From NCBI RefSeq assembly GCF_009914755.1, contig NC_060948.1: a stretch of DNA of 64,000 nt. One strand, written 5' to 3'. Each line of letters starts with the position of its first letter. Position 1 is the first letter of the stretch. This DNA comes from the human T2T-CHM13v2.0 reference genome, Homo sapiens. Made by a program: the position numbers and the translations under genes. The notes below the pieces were generated by a model. It saw nothing but the letters and a program-made list of their open reading frames with translations. It ran no database searches and was not told the origin of the DNA. Below are positions 54,850 through 64,000 of the stretch, one piece after another.

Positions 54850-57800
54850 GTTTATTCTGAGTATAATTCTGACTACTTGGAGAACAAACTCTAAGCTGCA
54901 AGTGAGTATCAGATTCAAGCAGAGAAACTAAACAAATGATGATGCTTCAACAAATGTAATGGCAGAGGAGGTGATACATGCAGTCGTTTCATGTGACTGT
55001 ATAAGTTGTGCTTTGCGTAAAGTTACTTGGCTGAGGGCATAAGTAATATGCAAATAATGATGTTGAGTATGTAGGTGATTTTTTATTGTTTTGAACTTTC
55101 TTCTAAATTCCCTCTGGTATTTGATTTCACTTTTTTAACCAGTGTTACAATTATTTATACCTAAATGTTACATGGAACTCATGTAGTATGTACCATGTAA
55201 AATTTATTACTGTCAATCAAGTAATATGAAATTTACATGTGATAGAAATGTATAATTTATACTTTTAAGTTAATATCTTATAATTTAATATATAAACCAT
55301 ATAAGCTATATAACTAACTTATAAATGTAAGTATTCCTAAACATACATAATATATCTGTATATGTTATAACTAACATATATGTATTGCATATAGATGAAA
55401 TGTATGCATTATATATTTTAATACAGATATACTATATGTCTATATGTATTTCCTTTTTTTATATACTTTAAGTTCAGGGGTACATGTGCAGATGTGCAGT
55501 TTTGTTACATAGGTATACACGTGCCATGGTGGTTTGCTGCGCCCATCAACCCATCATATACATTAGGTATTTCTCCTAATGCTATCCCTCCCCTAGCCCT
55601 CCAGCCCACTAAAGGCCCAGTGTGTGATGTTGCCTTTCCTGTGTCCATGTGTTCTCATTTTTCAACTCCAGCTTATAAGAGAGAACATGCAGTGTTTGGC
55701 TTTCTGTTCTTGTGTTAGTTTGCTGAGAATGATGCTTTCCAGCTTTACCCATGTCCCTGCAAAGGATATGAACTCATACTTTTTTATGGCTGCTTACTAT
55801 TCCATGGTGTATATGTGCCACATTTTCTTTATCCACGCTATCATTGATGGACATTTGGGTTGGTTCCAAGTCTTTGCTATTGTGAACAATGCCTCAGTAA
55901 ACATAAGTGTGAATGTGTCTTTATAGTAGAATGATTGACAATCCTTTGGATATACAACCCATAATGGGACTGCTGGGTCAAATGGTATTTCTAGTTTTAG
56001 ATCCTTGAGGAATAACCTGTCTGTACTCCACAATGGTCGAACTAATTTACACTCCCATCAACAGTGTAAAAGCATTTTTTTTCTCCACATCCTCTCCAGC
56101 ATGTGTTGTTTCCTGACTTTTTAATGATCACCATTCTAACTGGCCTGAGATGGTATCTCATTGTGGTTTTGATTTGCATTTCTCTAATGACCATTGATGA
56201 TGAACTTTTTTTCATATTTTTGTCAGCTGCATAAATGTCTTCTTTTGAGAAGTGTCTGTTCATACCCTTCACCCACTTTATGATGGGTTGGGTTTTTTTA
56301 TTGTAAATTTGCTTAAGTTCTTTGTAGATTGTGGATATTGGTGCTTTGTCAGATGGATAGAGTGCAAAAATTTTCTCCTATTCTGTAGGTTGCCTATTCA
56401 CTCTAATGATAATTTCCTTTGCTGTCAGAAGCTCTTTAGTTTACTTAGATTCCATTTGTCAATTTTGCTTTTGTTGCCATTGCTTTTGGTGCTTTAGACA
56501 TGAGGTGTTTTCTCATGCCTATGTCCTAAATGGTATTGCCTAGGTTTATCTTCTAGGCCTTTTTTGGTTTTAGGTCTTACATTTAAGTCTTTAATCCATC
56601 TTGAGCTTATTTTTGTATAAGGTGTAAGGAAAGGGTGTAGTTTCAGTTTTGTGTATATGGCTAGCCAGTTTTCCCAACAACATTTATTAAACAGGGAATC
56701 CTTTGCCCATTGCTTGTTTTTGTCAGGTTTGTCAAGGATCATATGGTTGTACCAGTGTGGTGTTACTTCTGAGGCTTCTGTTCTGTTTCACTGGTCTATA
56801 TCTCTGTTTTGATACCAGTACCATGCTATTTTGGTTACTGTAGCCTTGTATTATAATTTGAATTCAGGTAGCTTGATGCCTCCAGCATTGTTCTTTTTGC
56901 TCAGGATTGTCTTGGCTATGCGGGCTCTTTTTGGCTCCATATGAAGTTTAAAATAGTTTTTAACAATTCTGTGAAGAAATTCAATGGTAGTTTGATGGGA
57001 ATAGCATTGAATCTATAAATTACTTTGGGCAGTATGGCCATTTTCATGATATTGATTCTTCCTATAATGAGCATGAAATGTTTTTCCATTTATTTGTGTC
57101 CTCTCTTATTTCCTTGAGCAGTGGTTTGTAGTTCTCCTTGAAGAGGTCCTTCACATCTCTTGTAAGTTGTATCCCTAGGTATTTTATTCTCCTTGTAGCA
57201 ACTGTGTGAATTCACACATGATTTGACTCTCAGTCTGCTGTTGATGTATAGGAATGCTTGTGATTTTTGCACATTGATTTTGTATCTTGAGACTTTGCTG
57301 AAGTTGCTTATCAGCTTAAGGAAATTTTTGAGCTCAGACAGTGGGGTTTTCTAAATATACAATCTTGTAGTCTGCAAAAACAGACTACAAGACTTCCTCT
57401 TTTCCTATTTGAATACCCTTTATTTCTTTGTCTTTCCTAATTGCCCTGGTCAGAACTTCCAATACTGTGGTGAATAGGAGGGGTGAGAGAGGGGGCATTT
57501 TTGTCTTCTGCAGGTTTTCAAAGGGAAAGCTTCCAGGTTCTGCCATTCAGTATGATATTGGCTGTGGGTCTGTCATAAGTAGCTTTTATTATTTTGAAAT
57601 ATGTTCCATCAATACATAGTTTATTAAGAGTTTTTACCATGAAGGGGTGTTGAATTTTGTGGAAGGGCTTTTCTGGATATATTGAGATAATCATGTGGTT
57701 TTTTCATTGGTTCTGTTTATGTGATGGATTATGTTTATTGATTTGCTTATGTTGAATCAGCCTGCATCCCAGGTATGAACCCAACTTGATCATGGTGAAT

Positions 57801-59500
57801 ACACTTTTTGATGTGCTGCTGGATTCTATTAGCCTTTATTTCATTGAGGATTTTTGCATCAATATTCATCAGGGAAATTGGCCTGAAATTTTCTTTTTTT
57901 GCTGTTTCTCTGCCAGATTTGGTTATCAGAATGATGCTAGCCTCATAAAAGGAGTTACGGAGGATTTCCTCTTTTTCTATAGTTTGGCATGTTTTCAGAA
58001 TGAATGGTATCAGTTCCTCTTTGTACCTCTGGTAGAATTCATCTGTGAATCTGTCTAATCCTGGACTTTTTTTTCTTTTTCATTGGTAGGCTATTAATTA
58101 CTGCCTCAATTTCAGAACTTGTTATTGGTCTATTCAGGGATATGACTTCTTCCTGGTTTAGACTTGGGAGAGTGTGTGCATCCAGGAATTTATCCATTTC
58201 ATCTAGATTTTCTAGTTTCTTTGCATAGAGGTATTTATAGTATTCTCTGATGGTAAATTGCATTTCTGTGGAATCAGTGGTGATCTCCCCTTTATCACTT
58301 TTTATTGTGTCTTTTTGATTCTTCTGATTCTTCTCTCTTTTCTTGTTTATTAGTCTGGCTAGTGGTGTATGTATTTGTTGATCTTTTCAAAAAACCAGCT
58401 CCTGGATTCATTGATGTTTTGAAGGGTTTTTCATGTCTCTATCTCCTTCAGTTCTGCTCTGATCTTAGTTATTTCTTGTCTTCTGCTAGCTTTTTAATTC
58501 GTTTGCTCTTGTTTGTGTTCTCTTGTTCTTTTAATTTTGATGTTAGTGTGCTGATTTTAGTTATCTCCTACTTTCTGTTGTGGACATTAAGTGCTGTAAA
58601 TTTTCCTTGAAACACTGCTTTAAATGTTTCCCAGAGAGTCTGGTAACTTGTCTTTTTTCACATTGGTTTCAAAGAACATATTTATTTCTGCCTTCACTTC
58701 ATTATTTACCCAGTAGTCATTCAGGAGCAAGTTGTTCAGTTTCCATGTAATTGTGCAGTTTTGAGTGAGTTTTTAAATATTGAGTTCTAATTTGATTGCA
58801 CTGTGGCCTGAGAAACTGTTTTTTTTTTAATGATTTCTATTCTTTTGCATTTGCTGAGGAGTGTTTTACTTCAAATTATGCAGTCAATTTTAGAATAAGT
58901 GCTTTTCCTCTGAGGGTAATTGCGGCTATAGGGAGAACAAAATGTTAGCTACAAGTGGGCATCAGAATCAAGCAGAGAGGCCAAACAAATGATGATGGCT
59001 TCAACAAACATAATGGCAGAGGAGGTGATACAAACACTCATTTCATATGACTGTATAAATTGTGCTTTGCCTAAAATTACATGACAAAGAACGTAAGTAA
59101 TATTCAGATAATCATGTTGCGTATGTAGGTGATTTTTTATTGTTTAGAACTTTCCTCTAATTTGCTTCTGGTATTTTATTTTACTCTTTTAAACATAGTT
59201 AGAATTATTTGTGCCTAAGTGTTATGTGGAACTCTTGAAGTATGTACCATGTAATATTTAATACTGTCCATCAAGTAATATGAAATTTACATGTAATAGA
59301 AAAGTATAATTTACACTTATAATTTAATATATGTATAAACCATATAAGCTATATAACTAATTTATAAATATAAGTATCCCTAAACATATACAATATATGT
59401 GTCTGTGTATTTTATAATTAACATATATGTATTGCATATATATGTAATTTATACATTATATATTTTAATACATGTATACTATACGTCTATATGTATTTCT
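54850..59500 (+). repeat. Diverged ~600 bp direct duplication (54850-55452 and 58903-59500) flanking the L1
   Basis: Shared blocks: tcaagcagaga...aaacaaatgatgatg...taatggcagaggaggtgataca...gtatgtaggtgattttttattgttt...atcaagtaatatgaaatttacatgt...gtctatatgtatttc. Confidence 0.9.
55453..58902 (-). mobile_element. 5'-truncated L1PA (~3.4 kb, decayed ORF2 plus 3'UTR)
   Basis: Antisense 3'UTR (tatactttaagttcaggggtacatgtgcag). ORF2 peptides on the - strand: [59 protein letters not shown]. Confidence 0.96.
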
Positions 59501-59509
59501 AATATATAT

Positions 59510-62500
59510 GGTTATCTTTGTTTCCACCCATTCAGGTACAGCAAGATAGTCCTGTTCTTTCCCTCTTTGGCCGTCACTGGGAACGGGTAGGCCTGGTCAG
59601 TGATACCTCAGAAGCCTGTTATGACCCTGTTCTTGTCATCAGGACAGGTTATACATATCTTGGATTAGATGGCCTATCAAGACATCCCAGAAACCACTGG
59701 GTCGTATTTGTTCCCTACCCTGCAATTTTCCTCCTGGAGTAGAAAATAGTCCACAAAACACACTTAGCTGTAACATAAGCTCTGACACTTTGGTCTTCCA
59801 TGGATTCTCAGTACAAACATGGAGAAGATTAAGCACTTCCCCAGTGAACAGAAAGCACTGGCATACTTATTCAATGTTTTTGGTTCAAATAATAGAGACT
59901 TTTTTCATGCCAAAAGACTATTACACTTTCAAAGTGGTCACCTCTCCTCAGCTAGCAAATTCCCAAAGGTATGATCCTGGATTTCTCCTGTTGCCAAACC
60001 ATGGGATCATCCTGATACAGCTGAATGCTGGAGTACCCCAGAAACTGACACTTCTCAATATTTCTTTTTTTCTGGACCCCAGAACTCCCAAACAGCTATT
60101 ATACCTATACCCTGGAATCTTCCTCAGAAAAAGACAACAAATTATAAATATCAAGCTGTGACTGATTCAGCAAGATCCTGGATTAATACATTAGCTAGTA
60201 AAATTAGGCTTCATACTCTACCATTAGTTAATATTGGTGGATCCTGGTTTCTCTTTTCAAGGGGCCTAGGTGGATCTCAAGTTCCTTCTGAGATTGATAC
60301 TGGTCAGTCTCAAGTTCAATCTGTTAATGTTCTGTCTCATGGACAAATTGTAGCTAGACCTTGGCTAGAAATTACTCCTGAAGTTGAAACTTGGAAACAA
60401 TTTGTGTCTTATAAAACAGGAACAGATTCAATCCAGTGAAGAGAGTATTAGACACCAAACATATCATGTAGCTCATAGAGTTAACCCTGGTGCTAAACCA
60501 TCAACTTACAACTAGATTCCACCAGTACTTTTCATAGTTAATAAAATTGAACTATGGGCTCATTCATCCCTCAGTGAAGATGGATTTCCGTATCCTACAG
60601 TAACCCATATTTTTGAACCATGGTGTCAGCTACTCTTGAATGTATTTGGATCCCAAGAAACTATAGAAAAGACAGATGGATACTGGACTCTTGTGGAACC
60701 TAAGTCAACTTGGTTCTGGATTTCTTCTACACTGCATACTCCATATTCACGTGCTAAGTCAAAAGGTGATACTATTAGGTCTTGGATCCAAAATAAAACC
60801 AGTATGATCAGGCCCTCAAATCAAACGGATAGATTTAGTACCTTGAATAAACATTAGGCTATTATACTCAAACCCCTGATGCAGACATGCATCCTATTAT
60901 GAACATAATTGAGCCCTTACTTCACTCTAAAGTTGACATGATCAGACCCTGGAGTCAGCCTGAAACAGCCATAGTCCAAATGTGGACCTAGGCAGAAACT
61001 CAGTCAGGAAGACTCTTGACTTGCCTGAAAGCTGGTACAATTAATCCATGGTTACAAACTGAAATTGAAAGAATGAGACCCTGGATTCAGCGTAAATTTA
61101 AAATATTGAGACCCAGAACCCAGACTGAAGAATGGAAACAAGAACATTGGGCCCAACCAGAAACAGATCCAGTTAGGTACTGGGCCCAAACTGGAATGGA
61201 AACAGTGGTACCTGGGCCCCAACCTGAAGGTGATAAAAGCAGACCCTAGAATCACACTGAAGCTGATATCAAACTTTTGTTTCAGTCTCAAGCAGAGACA
61301 GTCACACAGTGGAGAGAACCAGCAACTCTGACAGATCATCATTAGATACAGTCTGAAACTGCAATAGTGAGGTTTTGGAACCGATCTGTGACTGATAAGT
61401 TAAGAGACTGGATACATCATGAGATTATGCATTTAGACTCTGGGGTGAGGTTGAAAGTGATAAAGTTAGATCCTGGACCAAAGTTGAAGATGACACTTTG
61501 AGACACTCGATTCAGAAAGACATTGGTGTAATCAATTCCTGGGTACAAAATGAAGCTACTATATTAACACCATGCATTCAGGGAAAGTCTTGAGAATTAA
61601 ATCCCTGACATAATCTGAAACTTCCACAGTGCCACTGTGGACCCAGACTGAAACTCCAACAGTAAACTCTTGGACAGATATGTTATCAGATACAGTCACA
61701 GTATGGACAAAGGCTGAATTTCAAGGATTAACATCCACCCATCTATTGAGGGAAACTGATCCAATCATACTGTGGACTATTACCAAATCTCCAGCAGTGA
61801 ATCTCTGGACACATTCTGTATGTGATGAAGCCAAATTTTGGAACCAAGAAGAATTTCCAGCCTTATTGCCTTTGACAGAGCCTATAGCTAAGACAGTCCC
61901 ACAATGGATCCAGGATAGATTTCCAGCAATGAACCCCTGGGCAAAAACTATGGCTGAAACTGTCATACCATTGACCCTTGATGAAATGACACCAGTAAGT
62001 CCTTGGACAAAATTACAGCCTGAATATCTAGAAGGAAATACTTGGCTCCCATCTGAATTTAATCCAGTCTCATGGTGGACCATGGCTTATCTGCCAGCAG
62101 TAAAAAACTGGATACGTTTTGATACTGAAACAATAATGTTGTGAAACCAGGTTGAATTTCCAGCAATACATTCCTGGAAACAGTTGGAAACTGATATAAT
62201 CACACTAGGGACCCAAGCTGAATCACTAGTGATGAATTCATGGATACACTCTCCTATATCTGATATGGTCACAATGTGTATCCAGGCTGAATCATTATTA
62301 TTACATCCTTGGACACAGTCTGAAACTGATATACTCACAACATGGATTCTGGCTGAAACTCTAGGAGTAATTCCCTGGGAACAGGATATATTCCAACCAT
62401 GGACCCACGCTGAACACCCACCAGTATCTTGGACTCAATCATTGATTCCGGGTAAAACACCAGCAATGAATCCCTGGAGAGATGTCACAGCTGATATGGT

Positions 62501-63496
62501 CCTACCATGGAATCAGGCTGAATTTATAGTAGGAAATGCCTGGACACAGTCTGAAACTTATACAGTCACACAGGGGATCCTGAATGGTCCTCCAGCACGA
62601 TATTCTTGGACACAACAAATAGCTGATGTAGACAAGCTGTGGACCAAGCCTGAATTTCCCACAATAAATCCCTGGACAAAGTCTGTAGGTGATACTACTA
62701 TACAATAGTATAGTAGTGATAGTACTATACAATAGATTCAGGATGAGTCTCCAGCAATAAAACCATAGACACAGTATGTGTCTTATACAATCAAACCATG
62801 GGCCCCAGATGAATCTTCAGCAGTAAATCTCTGTACACTCCCTGAATCTGATAGCATTATCCTGTGGACACAAGCTGAGTCTCCAATGGTAAATCTGTGC
62901 ACAGAGGCTGCAACTTCCAAAGTCACACCATGGGCCCGGGCTGTATCTCCAGCAGTAATTCCATGGACACAGCCTATACCTTCCATAATTGTACCTTGGA
63001 CCCAGGTTGAATGTCCATCAGTAAATACCTGGACAATGTCCATAGCCAATACCATCACACTATGGAACCGGGCTGAATTAATAGCGGGATATCCATGGAT
63101 ACTGCCACGGGCTGCTACTATCACACTATGCACAGTCTGAATCTGCAGTAGGAAATCTTTGGACACAGCCTGTATATGACACAGACACTCCATGGCGTAA
63201 GGCTGAATCTTCAGCAGTAGTTTACTGGACAGAATCTGTAGCTGATACACACACACCATGAACTCAGTTTGAAGTAAAGTTTACAGTTTTTAACAGTAAA
63301 GCCTTGGATCCAATCTGTATCTGATACACTCATACCCTGGACCCAGGCTGAGTCTTCAGCAGAAAAGCATTTGACACAGGCAATAGCTTATACAATCAAA
63401 CGATGGAACTAAGTCAAATCACCTGCCATAAATCTCTGGAAACAATATGAAACCAATATGTTCACGTGGTGGACTGAGGCTGAATCTCCAAAAGTT
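59510..63496 (+). pseudogene. PRSSLY: Decayed giant exon encoding an 11/22-aa Trp-periodic repeat protein; probable PRSSLY-like (Y-linked serine-protease-like) exon 1 pseudogene
   Basis: ORF pieces at 61629, 62184 and 62778 share one frame. They repeat W(T/I)Q.E.P.(V/I).P about every 11 aa (e.g. PWTQSETDILTTWILAETLGVIPW; PWTQPIPSIIVPWTQVECPSVNTW), and several stops fall on Trp positions. The symbol is inferred from Y-linked context and recalled gene architecture; no protease domain is visible in the window. Confidence 0.5.
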
Positions 63497-64000
63497 TTGA
63501 GGAAACCAGCCCCACACTGCCTGGCAGGTACCCCGAATCCAGTGGAGACAAAGGAATTAGTACAACGGAGACAAAGGAATTAGAAAGAGACAGAATAAGA
63601 GTTTAAAAGGTGGGTTCAGGGGACCAGAGCATCGGACACTTGCAAATGGCGTGGAGCTCTCGGCCTCCACCTAATTTATTAGTTTACAAGCTCTTTGTTC
63701 TTAGGGCAGATGGGAGGGGGAGGAAGGGAATGAGGAAAAGGTTTAATCCGTGAAGGAGAACTTGTGAGTCATTCAATAAAATGTATAGCAGTGGCAGTTT
63801 CTGTGAATTTCCTTGAGCAAAGGCATGTGTCTAAACGACTAAAGATCTTTAACTTATTGAGACTGAAATGGGTGGGAGTGGATTTCAGGAGAAGCCAAGA
63901 TGTTTGATTATACTCCACTTCTTCAAGGGAGTGTTATTTCCCGGAGCAACCTGTGGCATTCTTCTGAGCTCTTATGCTCTTAGGGCATAAAGACATGAAG
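63497..64000 (-). mobile_element. ERVK-class LTR (LTR14/HERV-K14-like), running off the window end
   Basis: gaggaaaccagccccacactgcctggcaggtaccccgaatccagtggagacaaaggaattagaaagagacagaataag...tttatt (poly-A signal on the - strand)...ctctttgttcttagggcagatgggagg. It interrupts the Trp-repeat ORF. Confidence 0.65.

Noticed and set aside
62087-63259. Minus-strand ORFs of up to 158 aa over the Trp-repeat region
   Set aside because: Antisense shadows of the plus-strand repeat frame.
63544-63583. Duplication of ggagacaaaggaattag inside the terminal LTR
   Set aside because: A small local duplication within a retroviral LTR with no evident significance.

Overview
This is eukaryotic, primate (human-like) DNA, almost certainly Y-chromosome ampliconic sequence, and I can support no intact protein-coding gene in it. 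It contains two minus-strand RBMY pseudogenes: copy A (~11985-22030) has exons 1-3 and 6-end with two SRGY-box exons, and copy B (~47690-54600) has exons 4-end with one SRGY-box exon. There are three plus-strand TSPY-family pseudogene pieces (~700-2130, ~22990-27360 head-to-head with RBMY copy A and split by a solo LTR12C, and ~43795-45195), plus many Alu, L1, MaLR and ERV elements. The most notable non-routine signals are four. (1) A ~4 kb decayed single-exon ORF (59510-63496) encodes an 11/22-aa Trp-periodic repeat protein, probably the giant first exon of a dead PRSSLY-like gene. (2) A chain of phase-compatible fossil exons at 29405-37740 could encode an unidentified secreted protein. (3) Several short, locally templated insertions were copied between RBMY, TSPY and Alu sequences. 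(4) RBMY copy A has an intermediate two-SRGY-box structure with a visible microhomology junction. Repeat subfamily names come from recalled consensus motifs, not database searches. Most entries in the supplied ORF track are spurious.
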